A stretch of 64,000 nucleotides of DNA from Mayamaea pseudoterrestris. Its lineage: Eukaryota. Below are positions 32,210-44,000 of the stretch, in pieces. The notes under the pieces were generated by a model, which was given only the letters and a program-made list of their open reading frames with translations, searched no databases and had not been told where the DNA came from. The stretch is taken from contig BROI01000035.1 of NCBI GenBank assembly GCA_027923505.1, positions 124,001 to 188,000 of the forward strand, in the 5' to 3' direction. The translations under genes were made by a program, and so were the position numbers. Every line of letters begins with the position of its first letter. Position 1 is the first letter of the stretch.

Positions 32210-34480
32210 ATGCGTATATCCGTCGGCTGTCTCGCGCTGCTTTTGCTTTCACAGCAAAGTAGCGGCTTTACAGTGCTGCCAATATCATCGGTTCGGAATC
32301 GTCACACGCTACAACGATATGTTGTCAAAGACATGGATCAAGACATTGAAGCAAGTGATACAATGTCTGTGTTGAGTAGCGATACAATGTCAAATTCTAG
32401 CTTTCAAGTGCACGATAATATCCCTCGCAATCTGCGCATTCGCGGCTATGGCATTCCGTCGCGCAAGGAGCGCATTCAGCCTCTTGAAACAACCACGTAT
32501 GAAGCCAAGCTTATTCAAACTTGGGACGTTGATCCATCGAGACAACGTGGGTTCGACTGGGAGATTGAGAAAGCCCGTCGCTTCTTCGCTGGCTTACGCA
32601 TGCGTGAGGATGGAACATGGGTCAAGCAGCCGTCGCTATTTGACTTTTTGGTCAGCAAGGGCAAGGTATCTACCAGCATATCTGCTAGTGATCATCCAAG
32701 ACCAGTTAATCTTATGGATGTTGGAAAGTTGGTCATGATTAACATGTTGACATCGATTGGATTTGGACCACAGCTTGGCATGGCAGCGGTTCCAACGGCT
32801 GTCATTCAAAAGTACGAAGGGTCCTTTTTCAGCTTTATCAAGGGCGCTCTTGGTGGAGATTTACAAACTCTAGCAGGAGGTCCGTTGTTCTTGTTATTAG
32901 CCAAGTACTTTGAAGATTATGGACCAATATTTTACCTTGCATTTGGACCAAAATCCTTCACCGTCATTTCGGATCCAGTCATGGCTCGCAAGATTTTACG
33001 CGAGTCGGGACCCGATCAATATTGCAAAGGCATGCTAGCAGAGATTTTGGAACCAATTATGGGCAAGGGACTTATTCCAGCCGACCCCCAAACATGGAAG
33101 GTTCGTCGAAGAGCGGTGGTGCCGGGTTTTCACAAAAAGTGGCTAAATCGCATGGTCAATTTGTTCTGCGATCGTGCCGAAATTTTGGTGGATGACTTGT
33201 CGCCCAAGGCATCATCTGCCACTGTCATCGACATGGAGGAACGTTTCTGCAGCGTGACGCTTGACATTATCGGCAAGGCCGTCTTTAACTATGACTTTGG
33301 GAGTGTTACGAAGGAATCGCCCATTGTCAAGGCTGTCTATCGGGTTCTGCGCGAAGCCGAGCACCGTTCGTCCAGTTTCATTCCGTATTGGAATTTGCCA
33401 TATGCGGATCAGTGGATGGGCAAGCAAGTCGAGTTTCGAGAAGACATGACAATGCTCGACAATATACTGGCGGATTTGATCAATCGAGCTGTCGATACGC
33501 GCAGCGAAGCCTCAATCGAAGATTTGGAAGAACGAGAGAATGAGGACGATCCTTCGCTTCTTCGCTTCTTGGTGGATATGAGAGGGGACGATGTTTCGTC
33601 CATTGCGCTTCGTGACGATTTGATGACCATGCTCATTGCTGGGCATGAAACGACAGCGGCAGTCCTGACATGGTCATTGTTTGAATTGTCGAGGGGCGAT
33701 GTAGGGTTGCTCCATGAGATTCAGTCGGAAGTTCGAACAGTGCTCAAAGGCAAAAAGCGACCAGACTATGACGATATCGTGGCAATGAAAAAATTGCGCT
33801 TCGCCTTGATTGAAGCTCTTCGATTGTATCCGGAGCCACCAGTGTTGATTCGACGGGCGCGGACGGAAGATAATTTGCCAGCAGGTAGCTCAGAGCTCAG
33901 CGGAGGAATCAAAGTGTTGCGCGGAACGGACATTTTCATTAGCACTTGGAATTTGCATCGATCACCAGATCTATGGGAGAATCCAGAGCAATTTGACCCG
34001 ACGCGATGGGAGCGGCCATTTAAAAATGTGAGCGTCAAAGGCTGGGAGGGCTACAATCCCGACAAAGTGACTGGTTTATATCCGAATGAGCAAGCAGCTG
34101 ACTTTGCATTCTTACCATTTGGAGGTGGCCAGCGGAAGTGCATTGGTGATCAATTTGCCATGCTCGAAGCTGCGGCGACAATGTCCATGCTTGTCAAGAA
34201 TTATGACTTCGACTTCGCCATTCCACCGGAAGAAGTTGGCATGAAGACTGGAGCGACAATCCACACGATGAACGGCCTCATGATGAGAGCAAGACGAGTT
34301 TCTGACGATACTCCAATTCCATCTAGCGAAAACTGGTGGGAGATGCAACATCTCAAGCGAGGGCTGAGTGCAAGTGGACGACCATTTGCTAGCGAGGAAG
34401 AAGTAATGCGCCAAGCGAACAAGGCATCCGACAAGGGACTGTCGGTAGACCCTTCTGGCTGCCCGATGCACGATCTGTGA
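32210..34480 (+). CDS. CYP97: Cytochrome P450 of the CYP97 (carotenoid hydroxylase) family, plastid precursor
   Basis: SSG-FTV presequence. CYP97 hallmarks LAFGPKSF.VISDP, KGMLAEILEPIMGKGLIPAD, LREAEHRS, LRDDLMTMLIAGHETTAAVLTW, EALRLYPEPPVLIRR, and heme motif PFGGGQRKCIGDQFA. Confidence 0.95.
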   Translation: MRISVGCLALLLLSQQSSGFTVLPISSVRNRHTLQRYVVKDMDQDIEASDTMSVLSSDTMSNSSFQVHDNIPRNLRIRGYGIPSRKERIQPLETTTYEAKLIQTWDVDPSRQRGFDWEIEKARRFFAGLRMREDGTWVKQPSLFDFLVSKGKVSTSISASDHPRPVNLMDVGKLVMINMLTSIGFGPQLGMAAVPTAVIQKYEGSFFSFIKGALGGDLQTLAGGPLFLLLAKYFEDYGPIFYLAFGPKSFTVISDPVMARKILRESGPDQYCKGMLAEILEPIMGKGLIPADPQTWKVRRRAVVPGFHKKWLNRMVNLFCDRAEILVDDLSPKASSATVIDMEERFCSVTLDIIGKAVFNYDFGSVTKESPIVKAVYRVLREAEHRSSSFIPYWNLPYADQWMGKQVEFREDMTMLDNILADLINRAVDTRSEASIEDLEERENEDDPSLLRFLVDMRGDDVSSIALRDDLMTMLIAGHETTAAVLTWSLFELSRGDVGLLHEIQSEVRTVLKGKKRPDYDDIVAMKKLRFALIEALRLYPEPPVLIRRARTEDNLPAGSSELSGGIKVLRGTDIFISTWNLHRSPDLWENPEQFDPTRWERPFKNVSVKGWEGYNPDKVTGLYPNEQAADFAFLPFGGGQRKCIGDQFAMLEAAATMSMLVKNYDFDFAIPPEEVGMKTGATIHTMNGLMMRARRVSDDTPIPSSENWWEMQHLKRGLSASGRPFASEEEVMRQANKASDKGLSVDPSGCPMHDL

Positions 34481-34666
34481 TCAAATATCTTCATAAAACT
34501 TGTTTGCAGCCTCCTCCATCCATGTTTCGCGATTGCATCCAACCACTTTCCGCACACGCCTACCACTGTAACACTTGCAATGCGTATCTAATTCTATAAC
34601 AACTTATGTATACCAACGTTTAGTAAAGCATATATCAGCGAATATAGCGTGCTGTCTTATACACTG

Positions 34667-35359
34667 TTAATCTTTGCACATGAGACTTTCCCTCGTATCA
34701 ACACCAGTCTTTGGGTTGGTTCCTTTCGCGGTCGGATGATTGCACAGATACTTTTGCTGATCCGCTCGCAAGTATGTCTCGGACCAGTCAGAGTTTTCAA
34801 TGTCCTTGACACCTTCAAACAAGGTAGAGCCGGACACATACATTTCGCGAAGTACGGCGTTGTGCAGATTGGCGCGGTTAAACTGCGCCATTTCAACATT
34901 GGCCAAACTCATGTCCGCGTCTTGAAAGTTGCTTCCATCTAGTGTTGCATCAAAAAAGGATGCACCAACTAGGTTGCATCCGCTGAAATCGGCGTCTCGG
35001 ACAATTGATTGCTGAAAGGCAACACCTTTGAGATTCAAGCCTTGAAAGGACTCGCGATCGAGGTTGACTCCTCGCGTAATGGCAATCGTGCGTCCACTCT
35101 GTAGAGTTGAAGCTCCACCAGTCGTGATTTTGGCATTAGATCCAGTGCTGGCTCCTCCCAGATCTACAGCTCCTGCAGTGACAGGTATTGTCGATACTGC
35201 GAGTGACGCGAAAACAAAGGCGGAAACGGAGTTGCGATGGATCGTCTTCCAAAGCGTCTCATGTCTTCCCACAGCTTTTGACGGTTTCGTTACTCCAAAG
35301 CTTTCTGCCACATTCAATACGGCAAGAAAGACTAGCAAAAATGAAAATGAGAGCTTCAT
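34667..35359 (-). CDS. Thylakoid-lumen pentapeptide-repeat protein (TL17-like)
   Basis: AES-FGV presequence plus a second hydrophobic segment ending AGA. A(D/N)Lxx-type pentapeptide repeats and the C-terminal LC...[18 protein letters not shown] signature. Confidence 0.85.
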   Translation of the reverse strand: MKLSFSFLLVFLAVLNVAESFGVTKPSKAVGRHETLWKTIHRNSVSAFVFASLAVSTIPVTAGAVDLGGASTGSNAKITTGGASTLQSGRTIAITRGVNLDRESFQGLNLKGVAFQQSIVRDADFSGCNLVGASFFDATLDGSNFQDADMSLANVEMAQFNRANLHNAVLREMYVSGSTLFEGVKDIENSDWSETYLRADQQKYLCNHPTAKGTNPKTGVDTRESLMCKD

Positions 35360-36084
35360 GATGACTGAATCAGCTCGGACGATGAGATGGAGGATGGAGA
35401 TGGATGATGGATTGCTTTGCGCAAAGAAAAATTGTCGCCCCACGTCACAATCCATAATCGCTACGACTCTAAGCTATTGCGTCTACTGGTAGAAGGCTAA
35501 CGTACTTGTACTGCAACGCAGTCTACAACATTATAATTCAGAGCGAAATACGAAAGTGTCCCTCCACATATCACAATGCTCCAGCGAACGACAACCTGAA
35601 GTGCACCTACTTCTGATACTACCTGAAGTGTTCGATAAATTTCGAGTGCGGTCACTACTAGAGGACGCCATCATGACGAACCTCCAACCCATTCTACTAA
35701 TGCAGCCCAAACCTCACCAATGGCACCCCTGGCAGCAGCCCAGGTCAGCACAGAGCAGATGGAAATAGGCTCGGACAGGTTTATATGTTTATATACGGCA
35801 CAGTCTCCATTTTCTGCAATTACAGGAAACTTGGGGACGGATCCCCCCGAAACTAGAACAGAGAGTCAAAGCCGAACAGTGGATAGTGCATACAATTTGA
35901 CTTGGCATCCGAGGGGCATGGGAAGCGCAGGAACGAACGACTACAAACACAACTGAACAGAGCTACAATCCAACAAATCACCAAAGAATTAACTGTCGGT
36001 CAATTGTAAGCAGTGACTTCTCCAGCAAGATGCAGCCTGAGCCATACTACAATTCCTTATTGGTTTATGATTTAAACATCAACG

Positions 36085-39000
36085 TTACTCGCCTCCGCCG
36101 CCTTCCGCATGACGAACAATGGCCGAAAAAACCGAGTTTTCATCGTCAAGTAGCTCCTGCGGCGGCGCAAACTCTGCGACCAGTCCGTCCTGCATGACAA
36201 GAATCTTGTCGCTGTCCAGGATCGTATTGATGCGATGGGCGATTGTCAAAACGGTGCGGCCTGGGAATGCTTCGCGAATGGTGCGCTGTATTTGGCGGTC
36301 GGTTTCATAATCGACGCTACTCGTGGCCTCGTCGAGTCTAAAATGGAGGAGAAACGCGTAAGAGCATGTCAGTCTCTCATCAAAGTATCGAAACATCGTC
36401 AACAAGCACGAGCAACGTACAGAAGGACGCGACATTGACGCAACAATGCTCGACCGAGGACAAGCATTTGACGGCTTCCAGCGCTCAGATTCTCGCCATA
36501 TTCAGCGACTGCCGCCGACAGCTGGCCTGGCATTTCTTCAACTGCCACCTTCATACCGCACTGCTCGAGAGCCCACCAAATCTCCTTGTCTGGATACTCA
36601 TCAAATGGATCTACGTTGCTTCTCACCGTACCCGAGAAAAGAACTGGATTCTGGGGAATGATGCATAGCTTGCTCCGCAGATCGCGAAGACCGATGCGCA
36701 TTGTATCAACACCGTCGATGGTTATGGGCGCCTGGTAATGGTCCATATCCTTCACTTCAAGGTACGGTTCAACAAGGCGCAGTAACGTCAAGAGCAGCGA
36801 CGACTGTGATACGGCCGCTACGATGTGAGTTCAGTGCACAATGCCAGTATTACACAATGCCAATTCTGCTTACGATATACTTGCCTTGCCTGAACCCGTT
36901 CTCCCAACGATTCCTATTCGTTCGCCAGCATCAATCGAAACGTTCAATCCCTTCAGCACAAGCGGTGTATCATCGCGATATTTCATGCGCAAGTTCGTAA
37001 AGGTCACATTGCCTGCATCTGGCCATCCGGACGGCATTTCTGCAGCCTTTCCTCCCGAGGCAGCGACAGCTAAAGCAGATGGCGCAGACGGAGGAAGGTC
37101 CTTGGTAGAGCTGACAAGAGCTTCCAATTCAATCGAAGTTCTTGGTGCTTCTTGCGGAATTTCCTCCGAATAGTACAGGACGCGTTCCACTCCATTCATT
37201 CCAGCTTCAAGCTGAGCAAAGGTTCTCACGCTGTAGAACAACGACCGAAATAAAGTAGGTAAGGTTATTGACGCAACACGACCGCAGCGAGCATTAAACC
37301 TTACCACCAGTTGAGCATGCCTGTGATTGAGATCGCAAACGAAATCGACAACCCAGCCAACGATGCAAATGCCTGATCGGAAGAGCGTCCAGACACGGAC
37401 GCAGAGATTACCACATTACATGCAAAAATGGCTGCGAGCCCTGCAATGGTGGCGCCAATGGCTTCAAGGCGCACCGACAACCACCGATCTGCCGTTTTGA
37501 TACAGTAGTATGCTCGAATGTTCTCATCAGACTTCTTGTCAAATTCATCGTGAAACCGTGTTGCTTGACCATAAGCACGAATTGTTGTAAGACCTCCCAA
37601 GGTTTCCGAGAAATGAGCGTAAACTGGTGAGCGAGACAGACTTTCCAATCGCTTCGTTTCGCGTGACACGTTGCGAAAGTAATTCAGAATTGTTATGTAG
37701 AAGAACCCAAGCGGCAACACCGCAATGCCAAACCACGGGGTCACGAACAAGATGCTGCCAATCGAAAGTATGACTGACAGGACCATCGAGAGGAAGAAAC
37801 TCAGATTATCCGATACTTCAATGTCGATGGAGTAGAAATCCTTCGAAAATCTTGACAAGATACGACCAACTGGAGTTGTGTCAAAAAAACTCTGCGGCGC
37901 TGCCATTATCGAGTATAGCAAAGATTCATGCAGCTTGGCCGAAGCGTTCACGCCAAATCGAACCAGCATGAATGTTCGCACGTAAGTACAACATCCTAGC
38001 CCAATTGCAATTGCAGCATATATACCGAGATAAAATCCAGGACCAAACCTCACATATCCTACGTCGCTTGTCCAAAAAGATACCCATGCAGTGCTGGAAA
38101 TTTGTATCAAAGAGCAGAGCAGAAAAGCCATTAAAACAAAAAAGAATTTGAGATAGCCTCCGCCACTCACAAGGTATTTCTTGTAAACTTGAAACTCGAC
38201 GGCTCCAATATTGCGTTCCTCCTTGCTAATCAAGTTCTTCTCTTCAACTTTCTCTGCCTTGACGGGGACATCCACCTTCGCTTCTAAAAGTTCTGCCGTC
38301 TTGTCTTTCTTTGTCGGGGTCATGCTTGATCCGCCTTCGCGGTGTCGGCTTGCCTTGTCGTCGTCAAGAATGCGCTTCATTTCGCTGTCATCGCGCTCAG
38401 TCAGCTCGAAAAAGCTTCCTTGCTCCAATACTCTACGATGGCCGAGAGCGACGATGCGATCACATTTTTGCAAAAATTGGATCTGATTTGTCACAAACAG
38501 CCGCGTCTTTCCTCCCATTAACCCGACGATGCACTCTTCAAATAAACGCTTGCCAACTTCGGGGTCTAAAGCGCTCAACGGATCGTCTGCGGCAACAAAA
38601 TGGCAGGTGAGTACATGCGAGGAACAGATGTCGTCACACGCAACATATGTTTACCGCAAGTATATACGCACCGAGTATGATAATGTCAGCGTCGCTGTAA
38701 GCTGCTCTGGCGACGCTCACGCGCTGACGCTGCCCTCCCGAAATATTAATTCCTCGCTCTCCAATTTCCGTCTGGTCGCCGTTTGACAGAAGTTCAATGT
38801 CATACGTAAGTTGACACGCCTTGATTATTCGTTCGTATTTCTCTTTGTCGTACGGCTTTCCAAAAAGAATATTGTCGCGCAGTGTCGCATTTAAAATCCA
38901 AGCAGTCTGCGCAACATAGGCGACACTTCCCTTCATGACAATCTCGCCTTCGGGCAAAATAGCCTCGTTCAACACGGCTGCGCACAGTGTGCTCTTGCCG

Positions 39001-40759
39001 GATGCGACACGTCCTACGACGGCGCAAAGCTCACCCGGTTTAACATGAAGGTTGACGTTGTTCAATATCGCCTTAGGATAACGTCTTGGAAGTCCATCCT
39101 CAACTTCAGTAGCGGTGTCCTTCGTACTCTTAATATCGGTGCTACTCGCGACGCTCGTAACGTCATCGTCAGAAAATTCGGCAATTGGCGTTGATGGATC
39201 GTTCCAGTAAATTGTGGCGTCCTTGACAATAATTTCACCTGCTTGGCCAGTTTCATTGTCGTGCGGAACGGCAGCGTCCTCGCGAATGTAGTGGCCACCT
39301 CCTGTATATTCTCCCTTCCCAACTTCCTTCATGTTGAGATAATTCTCTACACGAGCGGCACTTGTTCCAGCCTGTGCCAGGGCGGCAAATGCCACGGGGT
39401 AAAAGAGCAGGGGAAAGCGAAGCTGATCAAATGCGGCGAGAGCTGCAAAAAGAACAGAAGCATTGTTGGATGCTCCATCATATGCAAATGTGTAAACGAC
39501 GAAGCAGATCACAGCCACAATATTCGGCAAGGCCGTCATGTACGCCGTCGACTGCAAAGACAAAATTTGATCAGTAATGTGGAGAAGGCAAACTACTATT
39601 TTCTTCGCCGTTTGTGCGTAACACTTACAAATCCTCTCAGATAAGCAACACTCTTGAGCAACCCCAATTCCTTGTTTCGGCTCTTGTTAATTTCCTTTTC
39701 AAATGAATCCTCCCAGCAAAACATCTTGACTGACTGGATGCCTTGGATCGCTTCATTCGTCGTCTTGACTCTGGTATCCGTGAGTCTTGAGTACTGGTAG
39801 TTGAGCCCAAACAGTCGCTTCATGATAATTCCTTGCAATGGACCCGCCGCAGCCATGACAACCAACCCAACAAAACAAGGCCATCCTATCAGAGTATAGA
39901 GAATGACCATGTATCCACAAATCTGGAGTATTCCGTCCCATAGTACATGCACTTGCGGAATGAACATTTCAATCTTGGTGGCGTCCACCTGCATGAGATT
40001 GATCAATTCGCCAAGCGTCGTCGACTGCCTTTCCGCATTGGCAAGTCTCAAGGCCTTGTTATATACGGCGACGGACACAGCAACTCGACTCTGGTAGCCT
40101 GCGCGATAGGTGCGGTTAAAGTAAGCATTCTCGGTCATGGCCTTGGCAAACATGCAGGCAAAGAGAATGCACGACAACCAATAACCTCTGTAGCGATCTC
40201 CCCCTGACGAATTTAGAGAAATGGCTCCGCTCTGCGTGTCTTCAATAAATGCTAGAATCTGCTGCAGCAAAATAGGATAAGAGAATTGCAAGCATGTATT
40301 GATAAGCTTGATCAAGCCAGCCAAAAGAAAGGGCCTTCCCACCACCGCAGCAAGTGCCTTGCGCATGTGCTTGGTGTCTTGACCCTTCTTCTTCTCCTTT
40401 CCAGCATTATTAGCATCAGCAGTAAGGCTCTCCTTTTGGTTTTCTTCCTTTTGCAAGTCTGCCGCCCAAGATTCTTCAAAGACGGTGCCGACACGAGAGG
40501 CCAAATCCTGCGGAGGAAGCGGCAGCAAATCGTCATGCTCGAGTGCTTGCCCCTTCTTGCTCAGATAGTAGGCTCGCTGAAACAACGGACGCGCCCAAAA
40601 GAACAAAAGTCGAGACGGCAAGTAGGCATCGTCCTCTGGAATCGTTCCCTGCTTGTAGCGATGCTTGGGCCAAGTAGACTTGTCGCTCTCAACGACTTCA
40701 TCCTTGGTTTTCGGAGCAGTTGCTGCTGCAGCAGCTTCCTCCTGCTTCGATGACGACAT
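36085..40759 (-). CDS. ABCC/MRP-family ABC transporter; exons 40759-39629, 39551-38672, 38586-37305, 37230-36885, 36803-36421, 36337-36085
   Basis: TMD1, NBD1 (GRVASGKST, ISGGQRQR, IIILD|DPLSALD), TMD2 (FFDTTPVGRILSRFSKD), NBD2 (GRTGSGK|SSL, NLSAGSRQML, LL|LDEATSSVD, TIAHR). All junctions are in frame, and one needs a GC donor. Confidence 0.93.
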
Positions 40760-41094
40760 TGTATATTTCTTGGTGAAACTTTCGTAGTTTCCAGTTACTT
40801 GTTAAACACTCTGCTAGCTTGATGGATGGCAATGGATGTAATAAGACGGCACTCTGTATGCCGAGCAAAAAGTGACGAGGTCATCACGAGATTTTGCTGG
40901 CGCACGAGGAACGCGAACACAATCGAAGATCGATGAGGTTCGCAAGTAACTCGAACCCTAAATAAGAATTACGTAGACTTTAGCTATGGTCCGCCAACAT
41001 GCATATAATTTTGAAGCTTATTTACAGTAGAATACAGGATATATTTATAACTACGCTGCCTTACTTTTCTCAATAGGAAGGCGCCAATAAGAGT

Positions 41095-44000
41095 TTAATT
41101 GCTGCTATTATTCACTGGAGAAGCTCCGTTATGCTGCCAGTTCTCGCTCAGCGGCTGAACGGCATTCTTGGGTTTGTTCTCAAACAAACTGATTATATGA
41201 TTGAAGTTCGAATTTTTGCTGCGTGGTGAAACTTGAGCAGGACGCTTAAAGCCAATAGGCCTTGGTAGTTGCTGCGGGGGTAAGGATGAAACCATTGTAG
41301 GTGAAACATCCATAGCGGACCTAGAGTTCTTGCTGGTAGTCGGTACTGCCGCAAGTCCCTTTACAGGTGCCAGATTTGGTGATGAACTGCGGTAACTTGC
41401 GTAATTCCGAGTCGGCGATTTGGCAGCGACCAACGTTTGTCCACTTGTAAAGTTTTCGAAGGCAGCTGATGCACTTCGATTCCGTGCAGGGGACTGGGAT
41501 TTTCTCACTGATTTTGACACAAGCTGCTCTGCCATCTCGATTCCTGCGCTTGGTTTTGCCGCCTCCATGTTGCTCATAGATGCAGGAAACTGTACAGCGT
41601 GCTTGGTAGCTCGGGGTGGAGTTAGTCCAATATCTTCATCTGGCCCTGGCGGGCCACTAGCGGTGCTTGTCGGCGTTACGCCATGTTCCGCATCACTTTC
41701 ACCGCTATCGTCTGGTGTGACTGAAGCAAATTGTCGTATTTCAGCTTTATCTTCGCCGGTCCGCAAGGATAGCAAATGGTTTGAAGGCCTTTGCACATCG
41801 AACCGCCCAATGCCGAGTCGACCAATATCCTCAACAATATTGTCATTTTCGGATTTGTCCTCGTTCATGGACGCAGCTCGGGGGTCCACGGAGCGGTCAC
41901 GACGCATGAAGGCTGCGGCTTGTTGGAACAAGCTTATCTTGGAATATTTGGTAGATAACACATCAATACTGCTGTTACGACTAGGCGAGAATGAGTTAGT
42001 ACTTCGACGAGGCGAGCTTCTCGAGGTTTCTAAACGTTCCAGCAAAGGGTTTGGCGGCGGCAACTCAGAGACAGTATAGCTTGTCGCCATTTCCTCTCGA
42101 ACCGACTTTTCGAATTCTTTCTTTTGTCCGTAACGCTTGACATAATCACTCAGGCGAGCCACTTCCTCCAGCATGTCACCAGGGTCAACATCATTGTCGC
42201 TGTCGTCCGAACTAAGCTCATTCAACAGGTCATCGAAGTCACGCAACTGGTACGGTTCGTATGTCTCAGTACCTTCCGTTTGTTGCTGATCTCCGTTTTG
42301 CGCGTGTTCGGCGGTCAATTTTTGTTGCGCTAGGGGATACGCAAAGCTATAATTCGATAATATTCTTCTGCCACTCCTCTGAGGATCAAGCGATTGTTCA
42401 TCGCCGTATGGCTCAAAGTTTCCATCGTCCTCCTCCTCCATGCAATTTTCTCCTTCTCCGCGAGGAGTGACTTGCAGTAGGACGCCATCCGCATCCCATC
42501 TGACGGCTTCATTTATACTCACCTCAACGCCATCGTGATGCTGGAAGGATGTGCCGGGGTCATTCTCGTCACCATAAGGAAAGGAATTGATTCGTTGTAT
42601 CGGTTCTTGTCCCTCACGACCAGCATATACGCCAGCGGAGGGCCTCGGACGTTGCTGCGAAGAAGTGCTTCGTTCTTTGTTTCCATTTCGCGCCCAAGGT
42701 GCCGGAGATACTAATTCACGCGAAGCCATATCCATGTGTTCCTTCTGCCGCAATATCTCTCTCCACGCCATCTGATCCAAGGAGACAGCGTCCTGCAACT
42801 CCCGAGCAAACGGATCCGAGTCAATGTCATTTTCAATATTATCCATTGGCTCACTGAAGCTATCGAGACCAGGATAGTTGGAACTGTTGCTGCTCGAGTC
42901 GTCTTCTTCATTGGTGGTTGGAAGTGGATCCATGGCTGGATAGAGTGACGAAGCCACAGATGGCGGAGGAACCCCTCGTGCCTTTCCGATAATTCCATGC
43001 ATTTGCGGCGGTAAACGTGCCAACTTTGACTGCGACTGACGTAGCTCTGCCAGACGCTTTCGTTTTCGTTCCTTTTGTCGCTTTGTGTATAAGAGGCGGA
43101 CCCAAAATAACAAAGATGCTAGCGTGAGAAAGAGGAGAATAAAGCCAGCAGTGATGCGCCCAGTGCTTGGTCGCTTCGTGTCTGAATAGTTGCTGCTATC
43201 ATTCGTGGTATTCATGCTAGTTGTGACGCTTATGACAATGGTGTCGGTTCCGCCAAGTGTCAAAGCTTGCTGCAGACTCTCTTGCGTATGAATCGTGTCC
43301 ATAATGTTCTGGGCTGATAGCATGAATTCATCGTCCGTCATGCTACTTCTGTTAACGAAAAATCCAGCTGATCCAATAGCCTTCAGGTCTAAGCGTTGTG
43401 TTGTTCGCAAATTTCGAGAAATGAGCAAGGCAGACAAGTAATTCCCCGTTGCAGAAGCTGCCGGCGTTGCATTGAAAGCCCTCAAATCATATCGCCGTCG
43501 CAGTTTCCGCCGTCTCTGTTGGCTATTGCCGTCGAGACTCACTACCAACTTAACATCACTAGGTTGAATTTCAGCATTGGTACGATAAATTGCTCGCAAT
43601 CGTGCTGCCATGTACGTTTCCCAAATTCTTTCGCAGTTCGCCGCCAATCGCTGGGGCGTTTCATACGTTGGCGCCTGCACCGTCGCTGCAAAGTTGATTG
43701 GAATTGATGCTGGGAATGACGACAAGTTTGATTCGTCAACCGCAGGAGTCGTCATGATTGGTTTCTGCGTGTAACTGATGGGCGAAAGAGTCTTCTTTAA
43801 TTGAGGAGTGGGTGAAACGGTAGGTTTCTTGCTCACCGGAGCTTTGGTTGGTTGGAGCGATGGCTTGCGAGTGGCTGGTTTTCGCGTCGTTGGAACTCTT
43901 GTAGGAATGCGTGTCGGTTTGGGTGATGGTTGCTCTGTTTCGACTGTAGCGTTTACAGTTGGTTCAGATGTGTTGCTGCTGGTGTTGTTGCTGCTGCTGC

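Noticed and set aside
35460..36084. Short ORFs and a duplicated ACCTGAAGTG between TL17 and the ABCC gene
   Set aside because: No coding signature, and no tRNA or snoRNA structure that I could support.
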